Assembly: GCA_000998135.1 (NCBI GenBank)
Contig: LCCV01000003.1
Coordinates: forward strand, 6,392-70,391
Length of the DNA stretch: 64,000 bases
From: Parcubacteria group bacterium GW2011_GWA2_42_14
GTDB lineage: Bacteria > Patescibacteriota > Minisyncoccia > Sungbacterales > GWA2-42-14
Direction: 5' to 3'
Below the pieces are notes generated by a model. The model was not told the DNA's origin and searched no databases. It saw only the letters and a program-made list of their open reading frames with translations. Numbering within the stretch: the first letter of the stretch is position 1; every line of letters begins with the position of its first letter. Positions 26,536 through 36,546 of this stretch are shown here, in pieces. Made by a program: the position numbers and the translations under genes.

Positions 26536-28881
26536 TTTTTGTCTTACAGATTTTTACAAAGTGTATATATTTGGCTGATTCGCGTCGGCCTTTTTGTAAT
26601 TCCATTTTTATCCCTTTTCGTATCCTCCAGCATGCTTTTTCCCTATATTACCGGAAGAAATTTCAGTTTTCGGCTTATAATTGAGGCCGTGTTTTTGTTA
26701 TGGGTTGGCCTTGCGGTTTTGAATAAAGAATATCTGCCCAAACCATCCAAACTTTTATGGGCGGTTTTTGGTTTTGTGTTTATCGTTGGGTTTGCGGACG
26801 TCCTTGGAGCGAACCCCTATCGCAGTTTCTTTTCCAATTATGAGCGCATGGAAGGTTTTTTAATGATAAGCCACATGGCTTTATTTTTTTTGGTATTAAC
26901 CAGCGTTTTTAAGTCCAAAAAAGAATGGTATTGGTGGTTCAGCACGGTCATTGTTGCCAGCATCTTCGTTAGTTTTAACGCGCTTTTGCAAAAGCTCGGT
27001 GTTTACCAGTCACTGCAGGGTGGTACCCGCGTTGACGGAACAATCGGCAATCCTACGTATTTGGCCGCTTATTTGATGTTTTCCTTTTTTCTTTCGCTGT
27101 TTCTTTTTTCCGAATTCCGCAAATCCCTGTTTCGTTACGCGTATTTGGCAGTAGCGCTTTTTGAACTCGTAATAATTTATTTTACGGCTACCAGAGGCGC
27201 GTCATTGGCGCTTTTGGGCGGAGGTTTTTTGTTTATCGTTCTTTATTTAATTTTTGTAAAAGCCGAAAGCGGTAGAGAAAGATTATTCAAGAAAGCCGCG
27301 GCTTTAGGCATTGCGGTTTTAATCTTAGTTCCTCTGGCGCTATATCTTTTACGTGATTCTAACTTCGTAAGTAGAAGTAATACGCTTGGCCGTTTGACCC
27401 ACATTTCTTTGAATGACAAAACAACCAGGTCGCGTTTTATGATTTGGGGTATGGCATGGAAAGCGGTAAAAGAGCGGCCGATTTTGGGTTATGGTCAGGA
27501 AAATTTCGGCATAATTTTCAGCAAATTTTATAATCCGCAATTATTTGACCAGGAGCCCTGGTTTGACCGTTCTCATGACATTATTTTTGACTGGCTGGTA
27601 AATGCCGGTATTATCGGTCTTCTTTCATATCTCTCGCTTTTTATAATGTCTTTTGTGTTGTTGTGGCAGGGGGCAAGATACGGCGTGGTATTGCCGAAAG
27701 AATCAATAATTTTGTTTGTGGCTTTGATAAGTTATTTTGCGCAGAATATTTTTGTTTTTGACAATTTTAACACTTATTATGTTTTTTTCGGAATCATGGC
27801 GTATATAAATACTTATTCTTATTCTTTTCCTCCTCCGCCAGGGGCGGATGCGCCTCCGGCGCAAAAGGCAAACTCTGCGCTAAATCAACAAAAATTCCAA
27901 CCGCAAGACAAAAGAAAATCATTTAATACTTCAATTCTCGCCGTGCCAAAATCCCTTTCGGCCGTATGCGCTTTGGGAATTTTTATTCTTATATTTGCGT
28001 ATTTTTTAAGCATCAAGCCCTTGAAACAATCCCGCGCCCTGATTAATGCTCTTCGTTCGGGAGCTGAAGCAAAATCCGCCCTTGATGTTTTAAATTCATT
28101 TAAATACGCACTTTCTTACCGTTCTTTCGGGGACTCGGAAGTGCGGGAACAATTGGCGCAGTTCGCTCTTCAGACTTTTAATAATACAAATATTCCACAG
28201 GAGCAAAGAAATGAGATAGCGCGTTTTGCCGTTGAAGAATTGGAAAAGCAGGTCCGGCTCATTCCGGGAGACGTTAAATACAAGCTGTTTCTTGCCAATC
28301 TTTTTATGGTTTTTAGTTCGGCAGACCCAACCTACAGCCAAAAAACGGAATTAACTTTGCTGGAAGCATTGAAGCAAAGCCCGACCAAACAGCCGGTTTA
28401 TTTTACTTTGGCGCAATATTATTTTAATACCAATCAGGCGGAAAAAGCTCTTGAAATATCCTGGAAAGCCGCTGAACTTGCGCCTAATTACGTTGATGCC
28501 CAGGTTAATTTAGCAATGGTGGCCATATATCTTGGCAAAAAAGACATTGAGGAGAGAGTTACCGTTTGGATTGAGAAAATGTTTGAAACCGCGAATGATG
28601 GCCATAATCAATATCCTAAATTAATCAATGCTTATTCCGCCGTAAATAATTATTCTAAAGTTGTTGAATACTACGGGAAGCTTATAGATGTCAGAAAAAA
28701 AATAAATCAACCCGATAACGCTCAAGACCGTATTAATTTTGCCATAAGTTTAGCTAAAATTGGCCAAATTGATTTGGCCAAAGAACAGGTTAAGGAAGCG
28801 GTCAGGCTTGACCCGGATAAATACGGAAAAGAAGAAGAGGAGATAATAAAATATTTAGAAAGCGGGCAGGATTTGCCTTAG
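26503..28881 (+). CDS. O-antigen ligase (Wzy_C) family membrane protein with C-terminal TPR
   Basis: Multi-TM; GTIGNP, TATRGA, RPILGYG, DRSHD motifs; true start may be slightly downstream. Confidence 0.85.
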   Translation: MEFGAWCLEFSFLSYRFLQSVYIWLIRVGLFVIPFLSLFVSSSMLFPYITGRNFSFRLIIEAVFLLWVGLAVLNKEYLPKPSKLLWAVFGFVFIVGFADVLGANPYRSFFSNYERMEGFLMISHMALFFLVLTSVFKSKKEWYWWFSTVIVASIFVSFNALLQKLGVYQSLQGGTRVDGTIGNPTYLAAYLMFSFFLSLFLFSEFRKSLFRYAYLAVALFELVIIYFTATRGASLALLGGGFLFIVLYLIFVKAESGRERLFKKAAALGIAVLILVPLALYLLRDSNFVSRSNTLGRLTHISLNDKTTRSRFMIWGMAWKAVKERPILGYGQENFGIIFSKFYNPQLFDQEPWFDRSHDIIFDWLVNAGIIGLLSYLSLFIMSFVLLWQGARYGVVLPKESIILFVALISYFAQNIFVFDNFNTYYVFFGIMAYINTYSYSFPPPPGADAPPAQKANSALNQQKFQPQDKRKSFNTSILAVPKSLSAVCALGIFILIFAYFLSIKPLKQSRALINALRSGAEAKSALDVLNSFKYALSYRSFGDSEVREQLAQFALQTFNNTNIPQEQRNEIARFAVEELEKQVRLIPGDVKYKLFLANLFMVFSSADPTYSQKTELTLLEALKQSPTKQPVYFTLAQYYFNTNQAEKALEISWKAAELAPNYVDAQVNLAMVAIYLGKKDIEERVTVWIEKMFETANDGHNQYPKLINAYSAVNNYSKVVEYYGKLIDVRKKINQPDNAQDRINFAISLAKIGQIDLAKEQVKEAVRLDPDKYGKEEEEIIKYLESGQDLP

Positions 28882-30222
28882 TTTGGCCTTGATTCGTACA
28901 GTCAGCGGAATTAGAAAATATTCAAGGCTTATCGCAAAAATAAAGAAGTGCAAAGGATATCTGTATCCCACTCTTCCCAGAGGTGAATGCAGAAAAGCAT
29001 ACCATAGTAAAAATATCAAGCACCAAAAAATAATTTTTTTTCTCTTTTTGTTTTCATCTTTTGCCGCTTTCCACCCCGCGACAATCAGCCCCGCCGTAAT
29101 TGTCAGCCAAATTATTTTTCCGGCAATATAAACGCTGAATGCCGGAGCGGTCAGGAGGATTTGCAGGTTGGCAAGAAATGATGAAAAATCACGTTGCATT
29201 AAAAAGGTATATAAATTAGGGGAAGCAGAGAGCAATGGTTTGGCAAAGAACATTTGCAGAAGGTCTACGTATCCGTCTTGTATGAATAAGCGCGGGGTAA
29301 GGGCCAATACAAAAAAAGCATATTCATAAAAATGTTTCATAATAAATTTTCTGGCTTTTAGTCCGGCTTCTTTCAGGACAAGAGTGTCATAAGGTTTTAC
29401 CAAAGGAGGTTCGGCTACTGCTTCGGGGTTATCTTGGAGATTATAAAATTTTCCAAAAAGATTCAGGTTGCCGAAATATAAATTGTGATTGGCAATAGAG
29501 GAAAATTGCCAAGTGCCTAAAGATATTTTGTTTCTTATAAGCCAGGGTGATGTTATGGCGGCAAAAATAACCAGCGCAATTATGGTTGTCTTTATAAATT
29601 TTTTGAACGAATCAGAAGAAAATGCCAAAGCCAGAATGAGCAATGGTGAAAGAGCCAAGGTAACCGGCTTGGTTAAAGCCGAGAGAGCTAACAAGGCCGC
29701 GGAAAAATAAAAATATCGCGTTTTTTCCGTTTTAATTCCCATAAGGGCAAAAAGGATTGATGGCAGAAGAAATAAGTAATTTAAATTTTGAGCGGTGATA
29801 AAATTTGTAGAAAATATGCTGTGCGGCTCTATCGCCGTAAAAATTACGGCCCAGCGCGCGGTTTTTTCTTCAAAAACAGTTCTTCCCATAAAATAGGCCA
29901 TGACCATTATTGCTCCAAAAATAATGATTTGCACGATTGCTGTTACAAAAAAAGGAATCTTAAAATAAATAAATGGAAGCAGGAAGAAAGGATAAATAGG
30001 GGTTCTGAAGTTATCCGGATAAGGAGGAGCCCCCGTATCAATGGAAAAAGTAAAGTTGTTGATAAGGTTTATGGCCGGTTGAATATAGGAAGAGCCGTCA
30101 CTGGCATCTAGATAACCCGGACCTAGCATCAACAAATAGGCCAAGGCAATGATTCTGGGTATAAATGCCAGAAGAAAAATAAACAGAATTATTTTTTTAT
30201 CCCGTAGTTCAAGCGGCTTCAT
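28855..30222 (-). CDS. GT-C fold membrane glycosyltransferase (ArnT/PMT-like)
   Basis: Multi-TM; DGSSY, FRTPIYPFF, LTKP, PWLIRN. Confidence 0.75.
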   Translation of the reverse strand: MKPLELRDKKIILFIFLLAFIPRIIALAYLLMLGPGYLDASDGSSYIQPAINLINNFTFSIDTGAPPYPDNFRTPIYPFFLLPFIYFKIPFFVTAIVQIIIFGAIMVMAYFMGRTVFEEKTARWAVIFTAIEPHSIFSTNFITAQNLNYLFLLPSILFALMGIKTEKTRYFYFSAALLALSALTKPVTLALSPLLILALAFSSDSFKKFIKTTIIALVIFAAITSPWLIRNKISLGTWQFSSIANHNLYFGNLNLFGKFYNLQDNPEAVAEPPLVKPYDTLVLKEAGLKARKFIMKHFYEYAFFVLALTPRLFIQDGYVDLLQMFFAKPLLSASPNLYTFLMQRDFSSFLANLQILLTAPAFSVYIAGKIIWLTITAGLIVAGWKAAKDENKKRKKIIFWCLIFLLWYAFLHSPLGRVGYRYPLHFFIFAISLEYFLIPLTVRIKAKLRQILPAF

Positions 30223-30225
30223 TTT

Positions 30226-30993
30226 ATGACAGATTTAAATTATAAAAAAAATAAAGTTATAGGGTTTGTTTTGGCTTATAACGCAGCCCCTTTTCTCGAA
30301 GGTCTTTATAAGAGGATTCCTAAAGAAGAATTTGATGATATTATTCTTGTTGATGACAGCTCGCCGGACGATACTTTAAAAGAGGCCGGGCGTCTCGGAA
30401 TAAATTTTTTTACGCATGAACATCTTGGTTACGGCGGCAATACGAAATACGCGTTGAAAAAAGCTATGGAAATGGGCGCGGAGTTTATGGTGGAAATACA
30501 CGGCGATGGCCAATATGATCCGGCGGTTATTCCCGCGGCCCTCAAGAAAATGCGGGAAGGATATGGCCTTATTCTCGGCTCTCGTTTTACCGATTGGCGC
30601 CAGCCCTTGCGTGACCGCATGCCTATTTCTAAATATCTTGCTAATGTTGGTCTAAGTTTTATTGACCGGACTATACTCGGCGTTCCGTTGACTGAATTTC
30701 ACACCGGGTTTCGAGTATATTCGCGCCGTCTCTTGAATGAAATTGACGTAACCCATACGTCAGACGACTTTCTTTTTAGTTTTGAGGTGATTGTACAGGC
30801 GCGGTTTTGCGGACTGAAAATAGGCGAAGTTCCTATTCGCTGTGATTATGCAAATGAGCATAGTTCCATTAGCTTTAAAAAATCAGTACTGTATGCGTTT
30901 CAGACCCTTCGTGTTTTATTTTGGTACTTATTAGCCCGTCTCGGCTTTAAACATCCTCTTTTTTTGTGTAGTTCGGCAAAAAAATACTCTTAA
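30226..30993 (+). CDS. Glycosyltransferase family 2 (DPM1-like)
   Basis: LAYN, VDDSSPD, HGDGQYD, GSRF, GFRVY. Confidence 0.9.
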   Translation: MTDLNYKKNKVIGFVLAYNAAPFLEGLYKRIPKEEFDDIILVDDSSPDDTLKEAGRLGINFFTHEHLGYGGNTKYALKKAMEMGAEFMVEIHGDGQYDPAVIPAALKKMREGYGLILGSRFTDWRQPLRDRMPISKYLANVGLSFIDRTILGVPLTEFHTGFRVYSRRLLNEIDVTHTSDDFLFSFEVIVQARFCGLKIGEVPIRCDYANEHSSISFKKSVLYAFQTLRVLFWYLLARLGFKHPLFLCSSAKKYS

Positions 30994-31844
30994 TGTTTTA
31001 TATGTTTTATTAAGTAATTTATGTATTCGCGCATGGCCTCTTGCCACGGCCTTAGCGATATTTTTTTTGATTTCATTCCTTCCATTTTTCCTCGTTTAAG
31101 TTTTGTTGAAGCATGGTTGAGTATTTTGATGGCCCGTATTTTTGCGCTAAATTTCCCTGATTTTAGCATAAAACGCGCGATATCAAAATAGGACGCAGTA
31201 CCGCTGTTTACTAGATGGATTGTTCCTGTTAGGCGGCTTCTCATGAGCTTGGTTATCCCTTGAACAAGGTCAAGCACATACGTTGGAGAGCCATAGCGGT
31301 TCTGAATCGCGAAAATAGTTTCCCCTTTTTGCATCATCTTGAAAAACTTGAGGGCGAATTTTTTGTCCCCCTTTTTTCCTCCGCCAAAAAGCCACCCCGT
31401 CCTAAGAATCAGGTGATTTTTAACCAGATCTTTTATGATGATTTCTCCGATGTATTTGGTGCGGCCATATACATTAAGAGGTGAGGCAGAATCTGTTTCC
31501 ATATACGGCGTTTTTTTTCTTCCATTGAATACCGCTCCGGTAGAGAGAAATACCAGTCGTATATTTTTTTCTCCGCAGATTTTAGCAATATTATAGGTCC
31601 CGAGAACATTTGTTTCGTAAGCTAGTTCCGGGCTGTTCTCACATATTTGCATGTCTACTAAAGCCGCAAGATGGAGTATAGCAGACGGCCTGTATTTTTT
31701 GACAGCGTTTTGAATGCTTTTTTCATCAAGAATGTTTAGAACCGAGCGTGGCGGCTTTTTACCGAAATCGATTTGCGACCCAACCATCCCACTGCCTCCT
31801 GTTATCAAAATTGATTGATTTTGAAATGAAATATTTTTTGACAT
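30990..31844 (-). CDS. rmlD: dTDP-4-dehydrorhamnose reductase
   Basis: GGSGMVG, VFLSTGAVF, YGRTK, GSPTY. Confidence 0.85.
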   Translation of the reverse strand: MSKNISFQNQSILITGGSGMVGSQIDFGKKPPRSVLNILDEKSIQNAVKKYRPSAILHLAALVDMQICENSPELAYETNVLGTYNIAKICGEKNIRLVFLSTGAVFNGRKKTPYMETDSASPLNVYGRTKYIGEIIIKDLVKNHLILRTGWLFGGGKKGDKKFALKFFKMMQKGETIFAIQNRYGSPTYVLDLVQGITKLMRSRLTGTIHLVNSGTASYFDIARFMLKSGKFSAKIRAIKILNHASTKLKRGKMEGMKSKKISLRPWQEAMREYINYLIKHIKH

Positions 31845-31892
31845 ATTTATTGTTAGCGAACCCTATTACAATCCGGTCTAAAGACGGAGTTT

Positions 31893-33245
31893 TTATTTAG
31901 TTTTTTTAGAACTTTTCTTTTTTCTTTGGCCTGAATGTCGGAGTTTCCGGGTTGTAACGGGGTGAATAGCGGGTTTTGGAACAGGAATAATGAATTTTCC
32001 TCCTTGTTTAGAAAACCACTCCTCTTTTTGTATGATTGCGTCGGCATAATTCCACGCGAGCAATAGGATATAATCCGGAGTGGATTTTTTTAGCATGCTC
32101 GGGTGTACTATGGGAATATGGGTTCCTGGGGTAAATTTATTCTGTTTGACCGGGGTGGTATCAATGATATAATCTATTAGGCCAGGGCCGATGGAACAAT
32201 ATTGAAGAAGCGTATTTCCTTTGGCCGGGGCGCCGTATCCGGCAATTTTTTTACCGTGTTTTTTTAGAGTTTGAAGAAGCTGATTGAGCATATGTTTTAC
32301 AAGCGGAGGGCGTTTGGCGAATTTGCGGTATGTAGCAAGGCGATCCATGCCTTTTTTATGTTCTAATAGGCGAAGTAAAGATAATGATTTTTTAACGGGA
32401 AATCGCAAAGGAGAGTGTGAAGCAAAAACTCTTATGGAGCCGCCTTGGGTGTCAACGCGCTTCACGTCAAAAATCTCCAAACCGTGTTTTTTCAAGAGAT
32501 ATGTTAATGGAAATAGCGAGAAATAGCAGATGTGTTCGTGATACGTGTTGTCAAATTCATTGGAATCAAGAAGGTCAATTGCGTATTGCACTTCAAATAC
32601 AAAGACCCCTTTTTCGTCAAGAAGTTCTTTAACGCCCGCGATAATATCATGAAGCGTATCGGTGTGGGCAAGGACATTGTTGGCTACGATAAGGCCCGCT
32701 TTGCCGTATTTTCTCAATATTTTACGCGCTAATTTCGCGCTGAAAAAATCGGCAATGGTTGGAATTCCTTTTCTTCTTGCAATCTGAACTACGTTTCGCG
32801 CCGGGTCCACTCCCAAAACACGCGCCCCTCTTTCCTTCAGCGGTTTTAGAAGAATGCCATCATTGGAAGCAATTTCAACTGTCAGTTTTTTTGCTTGAGC
32901 CGGAAAACGTTTGAGAAGTTCTTCAGCGTAATTTTGAAAGTGTCGCAAAAGCGGTGTGGACGCGGAACAAAAATACGCGTATTTTTCAAATAATAATTTT
33001 CTGTCAACAATATCAAGGAGTTGAATAAGGTGGCAGGCGTGGCAGTAATAGACGGTAAGGGGTACTTTGAGTTCGCGTTTAAGAAGGTCTCTTTTGGTAA
33101 GAAAAGAATTCGCAACGGCGGTTTTACCCAAAAATAAAAACGGCGTAAGTTTTTTATCTCCGCAAACCATGCATGTGGCGCGTTTTTTCACGAAACGGGG
33201 CGCTATATGCCGTAATGGTGAATTAAGGTCATTTTGTGAACGCAT
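31893..33245 (-). CDS. NDP-sugar C-methyltransferase
   Basis: CxxC...CxxC zinc site, EIASNDG, YHEH, GAPAKG, LLAWN. Confidence 0.9.
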   Translation of the reverse strand: MRSQNDLNSPLRHIAPRFVKKRATCMVCGDKKLTPFLFLGKTAVANSFLTKRDLLKRELKVPLTVYYCHACHLIQLLDIVDRKLLFEKYAYFCSASTPLLRHFQNYAEELLKRFPAQAKKLTVEIASNDGILLKPLKERGARVLGVDPARNVVQIARRKGIPTIADFFSAKLARKILRKYGKAGLIVANNVLAHTDTLHDIIAGVKELLDEKGVFVFEVQYAIDLLDSNEFDNTYHEHICYFSLFPLTYLLKKHGLEIFDVKRVDTQGGSIRVFASHSPLRFPVKKSLSLLRLLEHKKGMDRLATYRKFAKRPPLVKHMLNQLLQTLKKHGKKIAGYGAPAKGNTLLQYCSIGPGLIDYIIDTTPVKQNKFTPGTHIPIVHPSMLKKSTPDYILLLAWNYADAIIQKEEWFSKQGGKFIIPVPKPAIHPVTTRKLRHSGQRKKKSSKKTK

Positions 33246-33521
33246 GGGATGGTATTCTTACGCGTGTTCCGTTTTTCTAAACACCCGCTATGCCAGTAAC
33301 AAGATATCCAGTGGGGGCGTCATAAAGCGAGAAGGCGCGCGAAAAATTATACTCGGTCATTATAGCAAGCAGTTTTTGATTAAGCAAATTTTATTGCCAA
33401 GCAGGCATTATTTATGGTATATAGAATAAGGCATTATAAATAATAATTTTCTTAGAAGCCGAAGCGCCAATTGGAAAGCGGGTTTTTGCTTTCAATTCTG
33501 GGGTTTGGCGGTTAATTTCTT

Positions 33522-34343
33522 ATGAAAATAGGAATCATAGGTTTAGGATTTTTGGGCGGTTCCATGGACCGTTATTTTACCGAGAAAGGAGTAAAAACAT
33601 ATCGTTATGATAAAAAGGGCATCGGCTCTCCCGAAGAAGTTAATGAGGCGGATGCGGTTTTTGTATGCGTGAATACTCCTTATGACGGCGTTAAAAAAGA
33701 TATTGATTTATCGTATGTTGATTCGGCGGTGAAATTGCTTAATGGTTCAAAAACCGTTGTCTTGCGCTCAACCATGCCGCCGGGAACCACTGATAATTTT
33801 CAAAAAAATTATCCTCAACACAAGTTTCTTTTTAACCCGGAATTTTTAAGAGCAAAATTCGCTTATGTTGATTTTATTAATCCGCCAAGGCAGTTAATCG
33901 GATATACTGAAAAAAGTAAAGATGTTGCGCGTGAGGTTTTAGCCATGCTTCCGGAAGCTCCGCCGGATTATACCAAAATACTTCCGGCGCGTTCAGCCGA
34001 ATTAGTAAAATACGCCGCCAACACCATGCTCGCGGTTAAGGTTGCCTTAGCTAATAAGATGTATGATTTTTCGCAAGCGATTGGAGCGGATTATGACGAA
34101 ATAAAACATCTTCTTGGGGCTGACGCGAGAATAGGGCATTGGGGGCTTGACGTGATGTATGAAAATTTCAGGGGATATAACGGCACGTGTTTTCCGAAAG
34201 ATGTTCGAACATTGGTTGCTCGCGGCAAAGCGTTAGGGGTTGATGTAAAATGGCTTGAAGCATTGGATGATGAAAATTTGGCCTTACTTGCCAAACAAGG
34301 CATGGAGGCGGATTATGGGCATCCGAAGATTCAGAAAACCTAA
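33522..34343 (+). CDS. UDP-glucose/GDP-mannose dehydrogenase family (short, no C-terminal domain)
   Basis: GLGFLG, STMPPG, NPEFL, GYNGTCFPKD. Confidence 0.88.
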   Translation: MKIGIIGLGFLGGSMDRYFTEKGVKTYRYDKKGIGSPEEVNEADAVFVCVNTPYDGVKKDIDLSYVDSAVKLLNGSKTVVLRSTMPPGTTDNFQKNYPQHKFLFNPEFLRAKFAYVDFINPPRQLIGYTEKSKDVAREVLAMLPEAPPDYTKILPARSAELVKYAANTMLAVKVALANKMYDFSQAIGADYDEIKHLLGADARIGHWGLDVMYENFRGYNGTCFPKDVRTLVARGKALGVDVKWLEALDDENLALLAKQGMEADYGHPKIQKT

Positions 34344-34483
34344 AGGAATTTTTTCAACGCCTTTATTTTGGTTATTACGTTTTTTGATTCCACTGTCCCT
34401 TTGCTTCTCGCAAAAGCCCTGGGTTTGCCCTCGGCAAACCCGTCGCTTGCGACCCCGATTGAAAAAATTCCTTTAGGTTTTCT
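34333..34483. mobile_element. MITE-like element with perfect 25-bp terminal inverted repeats
   Basis: AGAAAACCTAAAGGAATTTTTTCAA (34333-34357) and its reverse complement (34459-34483). Confidence 0.7.
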
Positions 34484-34560
34484 TCATAAAAAAGTCATAT
34501 TGTGTTTTTTTGGACGGTGTGATACATTTTTAATGCTCCACAAACCAAAGGAGTGGGCGA

Positions 34561-35025
34561 ATGAAAAAGATTTGTTCTTTGATAATTATGTTAAGTTTTT
34601 TGTTTATTCCATCAGTGTTTGCGGGTGTACTTGATAACCCCTCGCATCCCATTTTTAGCCAGGAAAATTGGGTTTTTGATGGTAGTAAGGAATATGCTGA
34701 TTTTGATCCTGACGGTACTAAGGTGATTTATACAACATTTAATCTTTATCGTAATCCGGACCACAGTAGTTATTCTTTGGAAGAAAGTATAGTTTTTGGG
34801 GAGACGGTTGTGAAAGTATATTATCTTGAGGACAAGGAAAAAGGTTTATATGAAAACGCTTTTCGGTTAGAAAAGGATGGGGTATGGCATGATGGTGGCG
34901 TTGTTTTATGGCCGCGTTTGATTAGAGATTCTTCAGGGAAAATTTTAAGAGCCTTGTTAATTATGATTGAAGTCGTTGACGGTAAGTTTAAGACAGTGAT
35001 GACTCGAGAAGTGGAGAGGAAATAA
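34561..35025 (+). CDS. Secreted protein, paralog family member
   Basis: MKKICSLII...SHPIF...REVERK; AAGGAG RBS. Confidence 0.75.
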   Translation: MKKICSLIIMLSFLFIPSVFAGVLDNPSHPIFSQENWVFDGSKEYADFDPDGTKVIYTTFNLYRNPDHSSYSLEESIVFGETVVKVYYLEDKEKGLYENAFRLEKDGVWHDGGVVLWPRLIRDSSGKILRALLIMIEVVDGKFKTVMTREVERK

Positions 35026-35082
35026 TAAAATATTGCACCGCGCTTGCGGTGTTTTTATATCCGCGTTTATCCGCTTCTACAG

Positions 35083-36459
35083 TTATCTTCCGCTTCGGGA
35101 GAGTATGGTTAAAATTGTTTTTAGAATGATGTTTAAGTCCAAGAGAAACGACTGGTTTTTGATATAAAAAAGGTCATACTGCATTTTTTCCGGGGCGTCT
35201 TCAACCGAGGCGTCATCTTCCATGTTTGTTTGCGCCCAGCCGGTAATGCCCGGAGTTACCAATAGCCGCATCTCGTAAAACGGGATGTTTTTTTTAAGGT
35301 CAGACACGTATTCCGGTCTTTCCGGCCTCGGCCCCACAAAAGACATTTCTCCTTTTAAAATATTCCATATTTGAGGCAATTCATCCAAATAACTTTTTCG
35401 TAAAAACAGGCCTATTTTAGTATAACGGAAATCCTGCTCGCCAGTTTTTTTAAATCCACTCATTTTATCCGCGTCTTTTATCATGGAGCGGAATTTTAAT
35501 AGCCAAAACTCTTTTCCATGGTATCCGACCCTTGTTTGGCGGTAAAAAACCGGCCCTTCTCCCGATAACTTTATTAAAAGTGCAACAAATGGGGTTATAG
35601 CCAGCGTTGGAATAAGAAGCAGAATGGATATGGCAATATCGTTTATTCTTTTAAAAAGTTCAAAGACCCGTTTTTTGCCTCCCACCAAGTGTTCAAGAAA
35701 CCAGACCTCCTGTATTAAAGAAATGGGTATTTTTCCGGTGATGCTTTCATAAAATTCCGGAAAATCAATTATGGCCGCGCCCAAAGGAATAATTTCAAAA
35801 AACATTTTCACGAAAGTTTTGTTTTCTTTGATATTTTCTGAAACAATAATGGTATCGCTGGCAGTATCGCTGATAACATGCTTCAAGCTTTGGTCAAACG
35901 CAAAAACCTTATAAGGAAGGGGGTTAAGATATTCTTCTTTTTCCGCAAGCATCATGGCTGTTGTTTCGTACCCCAGTTGCGGATTGTATTTTAAGTAATC
36001 GGCCATGGCGATTACCTCCGGGGTCATTCCAAAAAAAAGTACGCGGTTTTTAACGGCCGCGGAAAGGAAGCTGTTGAAAATAAGCCTCCAGCCAAAAATT
36101 AAAATTGTAGATAGAATAAGCGTTAAAAAAAGATTTGTTTTGGGAGTAATACGAAAAGAAGGAATAAGGTAAAAAACAAGTATGGCAAAAAGAGCGTTAA
36201 AGATTATAGTGCGGATAAGTTTTTCCAGAAATTTTGATTCGTTCTTGATTATGCGGAGGTCATAAAGCCCGGCAATTATAAAAACAATAAGCCATATTCC
36301 GAAAGCTATAGAAAAAGGGTAAAGATGCTGTTGCCATATAATAGTTTCGGGAAATTCAAGATTGCGAATAGTGAGAGCTAAATATAGCGAAAGATACAAT
36401 ATGGCCGTATCTCCGCCGAAAAGAACAGTCAATTTTAATTTTTTGCCAAAACCGTTCAT
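35083..36459 (-). CDS. Polyprenyl-phosphate sugar phosphotransferase (WcaJ/WbaP-like)
   Basis: KFRSM, LDELPQ, GEMSFVGPRPE, PGITGWAQ, DLFYI. Confidence 0.93.
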   Translation of the reverse strand: MNGFGKKLKLTVLFGGDTAILYLSLYLALTIRNLEFPETIIWQQHLYPFSIAFGIWLIVFIIAGLYDLRIIKNESKFLEKLIRTIIFNALFAILVFYLIPSFRITPKTNLFLTLILSTILIFGWRLIFNSFLSAAVKNRVLFFGMTPEVIAMADYLKYNPQLGYETTAMMLAEKEEYLNPLPYKVFAFDQSLKHVISDTASDTIIVSENIKENKTFVKMFFEIIPLGAAIIDFPEFYESITGKIPISLIQEVWFLEHLVGGKKRVFELFKRINDIAISILLLIPTLAITPFVALLIKLSGEGPVFYRQTRVGYHGKEFWLLKFRSMIKDADKMSGFKKTGEQDFRYTKIGLFLRKSYLDELPQIWNILKGEMSFVGPRPERPEYVSDLKKNIPFYEMRLLVTPGITGWAQTNMEDDASVEDAPEKMQYDLFYIKNQSFLLDLNIILKTILTILSRSGR

Positions 36460-36546
36460 GCGTTTTATATTATCATAAAATAGCGGGATTTTGAAGGGAT
36501 TCCTTCTCGCTTGTCTAAATTACGCCTTTTATATATGATACGCTTG

